DNA of 64,000 nt. Origin: the human T2T-CHM13v2.0 reference genome, Homo sapiens. The position numbers and the translations under genes were made by a program. This document shows positions 25,231-39,975 of this stretch, in pieces; within the stretch, counting starts at the first letter, position 1; each line of letters begins with the position of its first letter. The stretch lies in NCBI RefSeq assembly GCF_009914755.1, contig NC_060926.1; one strand, 5' to 3'. Under the pieces are notes generated by a model. It saw only the letters and a list, made by a program, of their open reading frames with translations. It searched no databases and was not told the DNA's origin.

Positions 25231-26136
25231 GCTGCCCTTTTTTGATTGACCTTCATCCTGCCTGCCAGACTTTTCACCTTTTTTCTCCATCATCCCCTTC
25301 TGTTTGAGAAGCTCTAAGCTTCCTGGGCTTACAGTGTTGCTTTTCTTGGTAATATATGCTAAATGTTTACTAGTGCTCACATAAAGCAATTTTACCCAAT
25401 ATCCTTTTCAGCAGGAGATTCCCCAACCCATGAATACTCTCAGAGGAAACTGCAGAATGACCACAGAGTTCACAGTCCTTGGGATTTAGATTGCCAATGC
25501 AATGCACCCAGGGTTGGAAATCTGGGGTGGCCTACCTACTTGGGGACAAACATTGAAGTCTTCTGTTGGTCACCTCAATCATTCTTTTTTCAAAACAACA
25601 TGAATTCATCATGTATTAATTGACAGCAGCAATTATGAATCATTGAGATTCTCAAATTTGAATTTATTGGATGCCCAAGGCTATGTCATCTCTAAGCCCA
25701 TGTTGGTCCCAAAGAGAAGGAAAAATGGATTTGCTCACAAGCCAGGCTGTGCAGACCCACCACGTGGAACAGCAGGTGGAGGGTGGAAGTTGGCTCTCCT
25801 ACTGCTGACCACACTGCTCCATTTTCCACTGCACATAAACTCGGGACTGGTGGTGTCGACGAACTCCCCACACAAGACTCCAAACCTGCTTCCTAAGCAA
25901 CGTGACAAATGACTGTCCTAGTGAGTACATATTCCTGGGATCCAGGGAATTATAGTACAACAATGATTCATTCTTTGTTCACATTTTATCACATTTGTGC
26001 TCTTTCTCTTTTTTTCTTTTTTCTCTCTTTATGTCGTTGAACCATTTGAGAGTAAATTGACCCTTTGCATCTCAATACTTCAGCATATGTACTTCCTAAG
26101 AACAAGGAATTCGCTTATATAATCACAATACACTGA

Positions 26137-26457
<321 letters not shown>

Positions 26458-26619
26458 CAATTCAGGAAATTTATTATTTATGTATTATTATTTAATATAC
26501 TGTACAAATTTAAATTTCATCAAATTGTTCTAATAATATCTTTTATAGGACCTCACCCCCAATTCAGGATCCAATCTAGGATCATGCACGGAATTTAGTT
26601 CTTTATTTTCCCAACTTTC

Positions 26620-26953
26620 AGAAAGGAAGGAAGGAAAGAAGGAGGGAGGGAAGGAGATAGGAAGGAGGGAAGGAAGGAAGGAAGGGAGGGAGGGAGGGAA
26701 GGAGAGAGGGAGGGAGGGAGGGAAGGAGGGAAGAATGGAGGGAGGGAAGGGAGGGAAGGAGGGAAGAATGGAGGGAGGGAAGGGAGGGAAGGAGGGAGGA
26801 AAGAAAGGAAGGGAGGGAGGGAGGGAAGGAAGGAAGGAAGGAGGGAAGGAGGGAGGGAGGGAAGGAAGGGAGGGAGGAAGGAGGGAAGGAGGGAAGAAAG
26901 GAAGGAGGGAGGGAAGGAAAGAAGGAAGGACGAAGGAAGGAAGGAAGGAAGGA
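26620..26953 (+). repeat. ~330-bp GGAA/GGGA polypurine tract
   Basis: Almost exclusively G and A on the + strand. Confidence 0.95.
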
Positions 26954-27099
26954 CAAACAGATTTAGTACCTTGGCCACTTTAATAGTCACAAGATGATCT
27001 TTCCTATAATGGCCTCTCAGCTCTTGAACGCGCTTTGCCCCTCCCTACTCTGCATGGGCCACTCCATCCATGCCATGCCCTAGTTGTGGACATTGCTGC

Positions 27100-28230
<1,131 letters not shown>

Positions 28231-28258
28231 GAGTTAGAAGAAGCCTCTTTTCTTTCCC

Positions 28259-28477
28259 TTTTTTTTTTTTTTTTTTTTTGAGATGGAGTTTCGTTCTTGT
28301 TGCCCAGGCTGGAGTGCAATGGCACAATCTCGGCTCACTGCAACCTCCGCACCCCCGGGTTCAAAAGATTCTCCTGCCTCAGCCACCTGAGTAGCTGGGA
28401 TTACATGCATGCACATCCACTCCCGGCTAATTTTGTATTTTTAGTAGAGATGGGGTTTCTCCATGTTGGTCAGGCTG
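28259..28477 (-). mobile_element. AluSp-like, 5'-truncated
   Basis: Poly-T tail; tctccatgttggtcaggctgg. Confidence 0.88.
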
Positions 28478-28499
28478 GACAGAGCCTCTTTTGGCCTAC

Positions 28500-29790
28500 A
28501 TCCTCTCCACCCAACCCTTTGCAGTTGTCTGTGTCCACAGTCCCCAATTCTCTTGAACCCACCCCACTCAGGCTTTTGCTGCAAAATCTCCCTCAAATGA
28601 GCTCCAAATTGCCAAGCCCCCAGATCACCTGACCTAAGAGCTGCTGTGACACAGCCAGACACCCCCTCCAGTCCACCGCTGCTTTCCTGCTTTCCTCTCC
28701 CCTCACTGGATGCCCCTCTACTGTCTCCTCCCCTGGGTCAAGCCCAACCTCAGAATGTCAGAGGCACTCCCTAGATAACCCCATCCACTCTCATGTTTGA
28801 AATACAGTCTGTATGCTGATGACGCCCATGCTTATATTTCCGGGCTGGACCCCTCCCTCAACTCCACATGCAGATATCCAGCTGTCTAACAGCTTTCCGT
28901 GGCATTTCCCAGTGTAAAGTATCCAAAAATGAGTTCCTGTTCTTCCCTGCAAAGCTGCTTTCCTGTCACCTGCCCCACCTCGGTGAATAGCAATGTCACC
29001 ATCCTTGGAGTCAGAATCAATTCTTTCACATCCCTCATCCTATCCGTGAGCAAATCTTTGGGTCCCACTTTCCCAATTGAACCTTATTGTGACCACTTTT
29101 CACCACGTGTGGAACAGCCACTCTGGTCAAAGTCACCATCTGAATTATTGCTTGAATTATTGCAATAATGTCCTAAGGGTCTTCATGTTTCTGTCCCACA
29201 ATTATCTGTTGTCAACTGGGCAGCCAGAGCGATCCTGTTAAATGCAACTCAGGGCATGTGACTCCCCTGTTCCAAACCCTCCATGGTTTCCCACCTTACT
29301 CAGCAAAGAGTCATTCCTCACCATGGCCTGTGAGGTCCACCTGAGCTCATCCCCAGAAACCCCCCTCTGACGCCAGCTCCTATGACTCCCCCTCACTCAG
29401 TCACTTAAGTCACCCTGCCCTCTCTGCATTTTCTCAGCCTTGGCACACTGCTGTCACAGGGCCTTTGCACGGCCATTTCCTCACCTTTAATGCTCAATCC
29501 CACCCCAGGGTCATGCTCTCATCTCTTTCAAGTCTGTCCTCAAATGCCACTTTCTCATAGGCTTTTCCTGGTCAAGATATTTACTCTTGCAAATACCCCT
29601 GAAACCACAACCCCTGTTTCTTCTCTGTTTTATTTTTCTCCATAGACCACCTTCTAGAATACTCTATGTGTTCACTTTGTTCATCATTCATCTCACCCTG
29701 GGGCACCATCAAGGCAAGAATTTCTGTCTGTCTTTTTAACTGTAATACCCTGGCAAGAATAGCATTTGGCATAAAACTAATATATAATCA
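28500..29790. mobile_element. L2 fragments
   Basis: tatgctgatgacgccc, cagccagagcgatcctgttaa and gggcctttgcacggccatttcc are L2 motifs. Confidence 0.75.
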
Positions 29791-31760
29791 ATGTTTTCTA
29801 CTAGTCACTTAATTTGCATTTTATCTTTTGAGAATTATCTAGTCCTGTGGCCAGTTATTAAGAAGCGGCTCTGACACTAGCTGCTACCCCTGGACAAATT
29901 ATTTAACATATCTGAACCTCAGCTTTCAAATCTATGAAATAGAGATGACATGTTATTGTGAGATTTAAATGAGTTAACTGGTGTTTCCTTCCCTTGCTCT
30001 CTCCTTGGATATTGTACGATGCCCTCCCTGATCCAGAGCTCAGTAGCTGCTGTGCAGGCCTGCACTCCACCTTTCCTGTCTCCTTCAGTGAGCATTCAGG
30101 GACTCAGTGCACTGAGTTGAGGAGGGTTCCAGCATTTCCCACAACTTGATTCTCTTGACACTGAACCAAAGAAAATCACAAAACCCTATATTTCCTTAGG
30201 AGGGAGATTCCTTGACCCCTGTCCACTGGGGTTTGCTCATTGAGTCCGTATCTCCTGGGGTGTAACGGTCACCGCGTGGCCCTCCTCTGACTCCCCCAGG
30301 GTCAGACTGCCACTGCTGTCCCAGGCAGCTGAGGGTCAGCAAGCTCTGGGTCACATTCACCGGTCCTGTCCTTAATGGCCTGTCCCAAGTTCTGGAGAGA
30401 GACTAATGTCCAAGCCTAGCTAGCGCCACTGCTACACATGCTGTCTCCCACAGTAGCCAAAAACTGGAAATAAACAAGGGCACAACAACAGGAGAATGAA
30501 TAAAGAAATTATAGGATAATTATACAATGGAACATCACCCAGCAAACAAATAAACTACTGACAGACAAAACAGCAGGGATGTGTTTCTAAAACACTGTAC
30601 TAAATTCAAGCCACTAGGCACCAAATAGTGTGTACTATACAATTCCATTTATGTGAATCTCAAAAACAGACAAAATTATTCTGCGGGGTTAAAAATCAGG
30701 ACAGCAGTCACCTGTGAGTCAGCAGAGGTTGGGGTAACATACAGGCAATTTTACTAGAAAGGGACAGGAGGGGAGGGGAGTTGAGTCGTGCTGGTCAGAC
30801 TGCCATCTGGAGCAAGAATGCAACGAATGCGTGCACAGGCAGCACTCACGGTGTCGACGCTGCTGGGAAAGATCCAGAAGACTGCACCGTGGCTGGGGCA
30901 CAAAGTCAGAAAGGCCATCTCTTACTAAATGCCGAAGACGAGTTCCACTGCCTGTGACCTGAGTACTAGCAACTAGCAGGACAAAGGGTTGAGTCTATCG
31001 AGGAAGACATGGCGAGGGTGTGGAAGCAGAGCTGAGTAACTGCCACCACCTCCTGGAAGTCAGGAAGGCAAGAGAAACGGGAACAGGAATGTTAATTTCA
31101 GGCAGTGAGAACAGAGATCCAGCTGTGCAGTGGGAACCACAGGAACACAGGAAGGTACCACACCCTGTGGAGGTAGAGGGATGAGACGCCAAGAGAGCCC
31201 TGGAGGAAAGCACCATTTGAGCCCAGAGAGACACAGTAGATAAGGTGGCTGGAGGGCAGGAGCCTCAAAGGACGCAGCGCCTTCTCCATTTTTTTTTTCC
31301 CATTTGCTGAGTGAGAAGTGAACTGTCTGGGCCTGGGCTGCATCTTGCTAGGTGTTCAGAAAGTGCAGGCAAGTTCGACCTGAATCCGAGGCTGGGTAGC
31401 AGCGTGATAGACAGCCGAGGCCACAGCCAGCCCAGCTCGCCTGCTTAGCCATCCATACCGTCTACCTCCCTTCCAGGCTTGCACCAGCCAGAGGCAGTGT
31501 TGAGTACGCAGCATGGGCACATCAGCCCAGGAGGATATGAGAAGCCAATGGCGGAGAGGAGGGGAGCACTGCTGATGGGCAGAGCAGGGTGTGCGTGGGC
31601 CAGAGGACTCTTGTGGTAATGGTACGATCCACGGAGAGACTCACCAGCTCTCCGGTGGGAATACATGGCAGTTTCCACGGTCTTTTTATTTTCATTTTTT
31701 ATTAATACATAATAATTGTACATCTTTATGGAGTCATTTTTTTAATGTAACACATACTAA

Positions 31761-32067
31761 GGCCAGGCACAGTGGCTCACGCCTATAATCCCAGCACTTT
31801 GGGAGGCCGAGGCAGGCGGATCACCTGAGGTCAGGAGTTCAAGACCAGCCTGGCCAAACGGCGAAACCTCGTCTCTAGTAAAAATACAAAAATTAGCTGG
31901 GCTTGGTGACGGGTGCCTGTAATCCCAGCTACTCGGGAGGCTTAGGCAGGAGAATCACTTGAACTTGAGGGAGGCAGAGGTTGCAGTGAGCCAAGATGAT
32001 GCCACTGCACTCCAGCCTGGATGACAGAGTGAGACTCTGTCTGGAAAAAAAAAAAAAAAAAGAATAG
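31761..32067 (+). mobile_element. AluSx
   Basis: Full dimer; 17-bp TSD aatgtaacacatactaa. Confidence 0.94.
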
Positions 32068-33556
32068 AATGTAACACATACTAAATGATTTCTGGCACTG
32101 CTTTTTAAATTCCACTGCTCACTGTCTAAATGCAAAATCCTCTTTTTCTATCATTTTAATCTCCTTAAATGAACAACAGGCACTGGCAACTGCTTTTCCT
32201 TTTAACCTGTGTGAAATGATGCATTGCACAGTGAGCGCGGACCCCATCTGAAGGCATGGAATGGCTCCTGGGCGCCCCCATTTTCACCAACCCGTTGTTG
32301 ACCGCGTATTTAGCTGTTGAAATGAAGGATGTTGCCGGGAAGCCAAGCCCGGCACTTCAGGGAGATGGGTGCAGAGGTGAACAGAGGTGCCCTGCATAGT
32401 CTGTGGTTCTGCCTGGGGCGGTCTCTGGCTCTGAGGCTCTGGTGCAGGCCGGCCTGGTTTTGAAGTCAGCCATGGTCAGGGGAAAGTATACAGAGGTGTT
32501 TGTTTATAAGAAATGCAAGCGCTTGATTTGGATTCCCTGCAATTAGAGGAAATACTTTCGAAACATAATAAATTATTTTGGAAAAAAAAAAAAGTATTTC
32601 CCGCTTAAGAGAACTATTTTCAAGCACTTGAGAGGTGGCCCTGCATATCGACAGCTGCTATTAAATTACTTTATCTTCTCATAGAAGCAGCACAGCAAAG
32701 CGGGAGGCAGGCTATGGAGGTCTCAGGAAACACGGGGTCCTGGAGTCCAGCTGCCTCCTCCAGAGAGCTGTAACCTGGGAAATGTCACTTAGCAACCCAG
32801 AGCTCATATCCTCCAATGTCAAATGGGGATGTCGGTATAGCATATGATAATACACATTATATCATGGCTGGCAACAAGCTCTGATGTGTTTACTTAACAC
32901 ATTTGTGTTTGTGCATAATATATTATTGTATATTTCATTATTCAGAAAAGTATTTACACTAATATATTATTGCTATTATTAAATAAAATTTCCAATAATT
33001 TTAATATTTTAATTATATAACATAGTAATTTATTGATCACAAGGATTTTTGAAGGGTCAAGTGGAAATACAAGTCCAGCATTCCTGACCAATGCCCAGCA
33101 TTTTGCCAACACCCAGTAAATGCTATTTGGTGATAATAGGAGGAGGAAGAGTATCATTATTATTGTTATTATCATTTAATAATTATTTGTGAGATGAGTT
33201 GCTGTAGGAATTCAAAAGAATTAAAATTTGAGTCTTCAGAAATAGTCTAAGTTTCAGAAACTGTTTTCTGCAATCCAATCAAGCCTTTCCTTAAGTACCC
33301 CAGACTCTCTCTCAGCGTCCATATTCTGTAAACAGAGGTTAAACACAGAGCTTCAGTCTACCCGCACCTCTGCTCATTCCACACTGCTGATAGGAACGCA
33401 AGCCTCTCCTCCTCATCTCCAACTCCACACCAGAGGTGTCCAAAGACAGGCAGAGGGACAAAAGCCGTCGGCATGAGCATGGCTGGAGCACTCCAGGCAT
33501 TCGGGTCCTCCTGGGCAGTCTCATGGCAACTTGTGGTGAAATGTGGGCAGCCCCTG

Positions 33557-34228
33557 TGCACACAGGACCTTTGACCTAAGTGACTCCATCTTAGAAAAAG
33601 ACTCCATCTTACATTTTTAAAAGACATCATGCCAACAGGAGCCAGATGTTTGTCTAATCAACAGTGACTATACCCAATCAGATAAGGTTCACTTTATCAG
33701 TCCTCACCAGAGGACTCGGGGGCTATAAAAAGAGGAAGAATTCACCAGCTCCAGATGGCCGTCTTCATAGACCCCATCCTGCTGTCACTCATGACCAGCA
33801 CCCAGCATCTGCCACGATAGTCTCTTTCTTACAAAATGTTGATGTCCATCCAGATCAGACCAGGACATTCTCCTTGTTCATGTTACCCTCTTGGACTGGT
33901 TCATTAACCCGTTTATCCTATCCCCCTTTCTCTTAATGTTAAATATTACTTTATGAATGTTTACTGATGTAGAAGGTTTAATCTATAGCAATTGTATATT
34001 GATTAAGTGTACTACTATGTCTTGTTTGCAATACTGACTGATTTGTAAAGTGCGCCTGAGGCTTTAACTACCAAGTAAACAGGTAGCACTAAAGAAAATC
34101 GCCTCCTTGGGAACTCCATGCAGCTAGTGGCTTTTATGATTGAAATTGCATCAATAAAAGTCTGACCTTATACAAAGACACAAATGTTCATGGACCTGGT
34201 TATGTCTGACCCTGTGCCACTCAGGACA
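33557..34228 (+). mobile_element. ERV(L-like) solo LTR, subfamily uncertain
   Basis: TG...CA ends; duplicated gactccatctta; CCAAT, TATAAAA (33725) and AATAAA (~34153); flanks ccctg/cactg form an imperfect 5-bp TSD. Confidence 0.65.
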
Positions 34229-34589
34229 CACTGGCTGGGCCGAGACCCCGCTGCTCCTGCTGCTGGGTGTGAGACGTAGGCTTTGTTTCCACATGGGAGA
34301 ACCAGAGCCAGCGGCCAGCATTCAAGCCTGCCAGAGCCAGGCATTGCCCCATAAGGCTTTTTACCTGGTTAACCCAGTGAAGCTCAGTGAAGGTGCACTA
34401 TTATCTTTGCATTTATCAATGAGAAAACAGAGACACCAAAGAGTTAAATGACTTGCTGAGCATTATACGGCCTTTCCATGGTAGAGCTCAGACTCTAGAG
34501 GTTCCAGCTCCAAATCTCCGCCCCCTGCCAATTACAGTAACCACGAATTCCCACTTGGAGCCCCCACAGAGGCAGAAAGAGGGGCAGAC

Positions 34590-35030
34590 CCTGAGGACAT
34601 TTGAAGACATTATGCTAAGTGAAATGAGCCAGGCACGGAAGACAAATACTGCATGATCTCATTCATATGTGGAATCTATTATAAAAAGTCAAACTCAGAA
34701 GTAGAACGTAGAGTGGTGATAGCAGGCGCTGGAGTCAGGGGTATGGGGAAGGTTGGGGAGATATTGGTGAAAGGATACAGAAGTTCAGTTAGACAGGAGG
34801 AATAAATTCAAGAGATCTATTGTACAACATGCTGACTATAGTTAATAATGTATTGTATTTTGAGAATCACTGAGAGTAGATTTTAAGTGTTCTCACCACA
34901 CAAAAAAATAGGAGGTGATGCACATGTTAGTAGCTCAGTTTAGCCATCCTACAAAGTATACATATTGCAAAACATCATATTATAAGCCATAAATGTATAC
35001 AGTTTTTATTTGTCAGTTAAAAAGAAAAAG
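34590..35030 (+). mobile_element. L1MA (MA9/10-like) 3' end
   Basis: gacattatgctaagtgaaatgagccagg...caagagatctattgtacaacatg...A-rich end. Confidence 0.85.
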
Positions 35031-36421
35031 AACTCATCTTTTTATTTTGCCCTTTAAGGCTAAGTCTTCTATCTGGGACTAGTTCAATGCAAGAAAAAAT
35101 GTCATAAATACTTTTAAGAAGTCCAATATATTATGTTTCTCCTTTTGGGAAGTCAGATGACACATTAGCATATTAAAACTTTTGAGAAGCTGTGCAGTAA
35201 TTTAAAATGTTTGACTTTGTTTAAGCCAATGTTTCATATTCACTCTAGAACCCCTTCTTTGAGCGGCACCCATTAATACCCTGTGTAACTCACTTTGGAA
35301 AATAATACTTCAACATCTAAACTTTTGAGAACTTGCAATCTTAATCATCTTTTCATCGTATCTCCCACTATAAACCCCTTTCCCTGCGGCCTGCTGTCTT
35401 TTGTGCAAGTAATGGATCTTCAATAAATATTTACTAAATAAGGGGAAAAAATAGAGAGAGGACTGGGGAGTCTAATGGTTGAGAATGCATGAGAAAGACC
35501 CTGGAAAGCCGAAGTCATTGTCGTGAGCAGGGACTGGGCCTGGGTGGCCTGCTGCACCCACAAGAAAGCTGAGGTGCAGAGAGGAGAAGCTCCAGGGGAG
35601 TCTTCTGTGGAATACAGGTCTTCCAGGGAGGACCCCCTGGATTCAATCTGAATGGATGGAGGAAAAAGACCTGCCTTCAACTGCAGAAGACAGACCACCT
35701 GAGTGAGGCACCACAGTCGCCTGGTTGTGGCATAGTCTAGTTTTAGAATAAAAGAGAGATATAAATCTATAGCCTTCAGTGCTGACCTTGCAAAGCAGTC
35801 AGTTTAATGATCACAGCACCAGCACACGGCCACTCTGAACTCGAAGGTCAGCTCAGAGGCCATCGCATGACCCTTACTTTGTCCCTGGTGTGAGGGGGGC
35901 TTGTTGAGGTCCAGATTTAGAAGAGGTTTGTAATGACCATCTGAGACTGACCGTGGAAATGAGGGGTTAACAAAAAGAATGTCTCTCCTCTCACCCACCC
36001 ATCACCCACTTGCTGTGATCCAGGGCAACTCCCATCGGCATCAACACACTCATTAAGATCTGTAACACACGTCTGCTTAAGTTCAGGATCTGCCAGGAGT
36101 CACCACAGTGGATGCAACACACTGTAAATAACCTTTGAACTTTAACTATGACAGACTAGGAGCACTCCCCCCACACGCTTTTTTTAGGGCAAGAGGCTTT
36201 CTCAGAACAAATTCAGTATTTCCTGAAGTCACATGAGCTCTTTCAGACCAAGCAGGCGCCACCTAAATAAGACACCCAAGACGTTATTTTGGGGGCGACT
36301 GAGTCCAGGGAGTGAACACCCTTTAAGAAATACAAAAACGCTCTCCAGCCATTTGCAATAGGGCCTGCGTCATAGGGTGCAGCCCTGCAGTTGTGCAGGT
36401 CCCCATACAGAAGAGCCTCAT

Positions 36422-36588
36422 CAGGATCAGCTATAGAATTTGCCTAATGCAAATGGCATTCAGGGCCTCTTGCTAAAAAAAGTATTAAGTATGACAAGAC
36501 AGCAGGAGCAGAGCATTGGGCCAAGCACAGGTCCTTCTGTGTAGGGGCCTGCGCAAGTTCCAGGCTGCACCCCATGAGACAGGCCCTA
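36422..36588 (-). mobile_element. MER45A (hAT-Tip100) MITE
   Basis: Reverse complement follows MER45A: agggcctgtctcatggggtgcagcc...cagaaggacctgtgcttggcccaatgctctgct...caaattctatagctgatcctg. Confidence 0.75.
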
Positions 36589-36620
36589 CTGCAAAGAGCT
36601 GGAAAGCATTTTCATACTCC

Positions 36621-36902
36621 TTGTTTTTTGAAATGGAGTCTCGCTCTGTCGCCCAGGCTGAAGTGCAGTGGCACAATCTTGGGTCACTGCAGCCTCCGCC
36701 TCCCAGGTTCAAGCGATTCTCCTACCTCAGCCTCCTGATTAGCTGGGATTACAGGTGCCCACCACCACACCCAGCTATTTTTTGTATTTTTAGTAGAGAT
36801 GGGGTTTCACCATGTTGACCAGGCTGGTTTGAAACTCCTGACCTCTGGTGATCTGCCTGCCTTGGCCTCCCAAATTGCTGGATTACAGGCATGAGCCACC
36901 GC
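36621..36902 (-). mobile_element. AluS, slightly 5'-truncated
   Basis: Antisense Alu dimer. Confidence 0.92.
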
Positions 36903-38393
36903 ATTTCTTAAAAGGCGCTCACCCGCTGGACTCATTCCCTCAGGAGGCATTTCTCTGAGTACTGCACATGGACCACTGAAAACAGGTGGAACCCCTGGCA
37001 GCTGATGGGAGCCCCCAGCCAACAGAGAAGCATTGAATGGGCCCCAGAAAATATCCTGATTGCCAGACAGATGGAAGATGGATAGACAGAAGCAGCTAAG
37101 GCACTCGTCCCCCCTGCTCCAGGTCTCTGGGAGACCCTCCCATTGCTTGACTTCAAACCTGTTGTCCTTGCTTTTTCTTGCAAATATCGGAACCCCAGAT
37201 CCTCTGGACTTAGCACAGGCTGAGACATGGCAGCACAAAGTGATGGCCAGAAACCACTCCAGCAGGTTGGTTCACTCAAACTCAGAAAGTCTTGGGCTCA
37301 ATGTTTCCTGCCCTTCTTTACTTTACACACATGCATTTTAATGGAAATACAGTTCTTTCAATATGCAATTCCTTTTTCCTCTACCAATCAAAGTATTTAC
37401 AAAGCACTTGACTCATAAGAAGGCTTTTATTATTGACAGAAGTTGGAAGCTCCTCTCCCAGCTCTGATTCATGTTCCATTTAGAGTGAAACATATGGGGA
37501 ACAAGAACTCTCTGTTTCACAATCTGACTCTTAACGGTTCTAAGGGCCAATTCTGCTCTTCCCAGGACTAGGAAGATCAGTCACACACTTTGAAGCTGCT
37601 TTCTGAAACACATCTGAATTCGGATTTTCAGTGATTCTTCCCCATTAACGAGCATCCTTGCTGTGGGAGGCCATGTGCCCATTCACGTGAAGATTCCATT
37701 GCTTGAAACAATTTTTGAGCTGTGCCTTGGAGAGTGCCTCCCCTCAAGACTGTGGCCTCTCTCCTGAGTGAGCTAAATGAAGGTGCATTGTCCTTTGAGG
37801 GTGTATTAGCTTTCTGGAATCAGCCTGAAGTCATTTGAAGTCAAGTGGTGAAGCGAAAGGGAGCCAGAAATAAGGTGCATCTTTGCCCTCAGTCAGTTGG
37901 GATTCTTTTGGGCATTTAGAAGGGGCGGTCCTAGAATTCTAGAGAATTTACGGAGGAGAGTTTCAGATCCATGCTGGGCAGGGCAATAGAGGCTTGGTTA
38001 GACTATATCTGCAAAGGAGGGTTACTTTGAAGGAAACAGCATTCATTTTATTGTATGCATTTAAGTGTGTTTATTAATAATGCGTTTACTTTTCTTACTT
38101 CCTGCTAAGATCTCATATGCATCTGGTTGTAAAGAAGATTTAGCCATGGCCTGTAGGCTGCTGTGCTTTTGAATATCTAACACTGAGAAACCACAGCTCT
38201 CAAGGAAGCTACCGGAGACAGGGAAAGCAAGAAAAAGGGACTGAAAAAAGTCACCAGGACACAGTTCCATGAAGCAGCCAAAGCTCTCTATCCTTCATAA
38301 TTAGAAACTTGCTATCAAGATTAATGGGGCCATCTCAAAGGAACGTACATTGTTCTGTCATATTCTTTGTTTGCAGAACAAGTTAAAGCTACT

Positions 38394-38450
38394 AAAAAGA
38401 AAGAAAGAAAAGAAAGAAAGAAAGAGAAAGAAAGAAAGAAAACAGAAAAG
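38394..38450 (+). repeat. (GAAA)n repeat
   Basis: aaagaaagaaagaaaagaaag... Confidence 0.85.
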
Positions 38451-39574
38451 GACACACACACACAAATGTAAACTATGACAGAGTAAGAGCCTGTTTACTT
38501 TTTAGGTTAAGTGACTGCCTCATGACAAATGTGGTAAATTTCGAAGTCAGGTGAGCTCATTCTATTTCAGATCAGATTTCTCTGGGCTGATGTTGGCCAT
38601 CTTACAAAGTCAAGAGCAGCAATATCATGGTTCTGCCACCTTTCTCTCTGGGGCTTAGGGCATTTTTCTCTCTTCCCTTTAATCCAATGTGGGTAGGCAG
38701 GGATGGATGTAGGGAAATTGCTAGAGAGGAAAAGAAGGACTTCTCGCAAGCCAGTACAAAACCAAGACCTGGATTTTCTCTTTCCACTGCTTGGGTCACA
38801 TTCTATATAAGCAAGAGTTGCTGATGATTTCGTCCACCTTCTTCACACAAAAGTAGCACTGGCTTACATGGGAGCTCAGGACTGCACAGACAGCTCTGGG
38901 GACGGACTAGGGGAGATAGCCGTGTGCACACAGCCTGCCGTGCTGCAGCCTGAGCCTGCCAGGTGGCCTTGTAGCATGGGCCAGAATGTGACCAACAGGC
39001 AGGGCTTCTGCCAACTTACTAGTCAAATGGTTGGCACAGAAATGAGCTGCTCATGTGAAAGCAGTCAATAGCCAGAAACTCACTGTAATCCACCCTCTAC
39101 CCTATCCGTCCTCTGCCCCATCCCCGTCTCACACAGTCTCAGCCACTTTCTCTCCTAGACCCCTGGCTGGACTGTTCTGAGGCCTGTGCTAAGTAAAGGT
39201 GGAAGACCTAGAGAGAAGTTCGAGGTCAGATACTGGCCTGGACATTGACCCAAAGCTGAGCAGTGGCATCCTGTGCAGGGGCTGCTTCTCAAGGGCATGT
39301 TCCATTCCTGTCCACACATTGTCAATTTGCATCGAGACATTTTTCTGGCAAAGAACAGGAAGGTGTCTTAGGATATGAATGCCTTTTTTCAATTTGCACA
39401 AAGGCCCCACAAGGGCTAACAGCAGTGCTGACTTTAACCACCACAGCCGGGTAGCTTCTGCCCAAAATAGCAGTGAAGAAACACACCACCCTCTGGGACT
39501 AGGTGGGGCTTCAGGAGAAAGGAAAATGTAAACAGATGTGTTCCTGTTGTCATCTCTGATATAAACAATTTGGC

Positions 39575-39975
39575 AGATCTATTCATTAGGAATTAAGTTT
39601 GGTCTATGGTAAGAGGGATCACAAACAAAGGGGGAAGAGCAACTTAAAAAGAGGATGGTTTATTCTCTCCATAAAAGACAGAAAGTGAGTAACCCAGGAC
39701 TGATACAGTAGGTCCACAAGCTCATCAGGGATTGAGCTCCTTCCATCTTTCTGTTGCACCATCCTCAGCAAGTGACCTCCTCATTCAAGATCATCTGTGG
39801 TTCTGCCATCATATCCACATTCCAGAAAGAGAGAAAGAGGGGAGGTAAAAAGGGAGTTGCACCACCAACTAAATCAGCCTTTCTTAGGCAACATTCCCAG
39901 ACTCCCCAGACTATACTCTCAATTAGGTCTCACTGATGGCATTCACCTGCAAAGGCAGCTGGGAAATGTAGTCCT
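39575..39975 (-). mobile_element. Old MLT1 (J/K-like) LTR
   Basis: gctccttccatctttctg...tcaagat...catatccacattccag...aggcagctgggaaatgtagtc. Confidence 0.6.

Noticed and set aside
26595-26990. Pro/Ser/Leu/Phe and Gly/Arg/Glu/Lys-rich ORFs
   Set aside because: Translation of the GGAA/GGGA tract.
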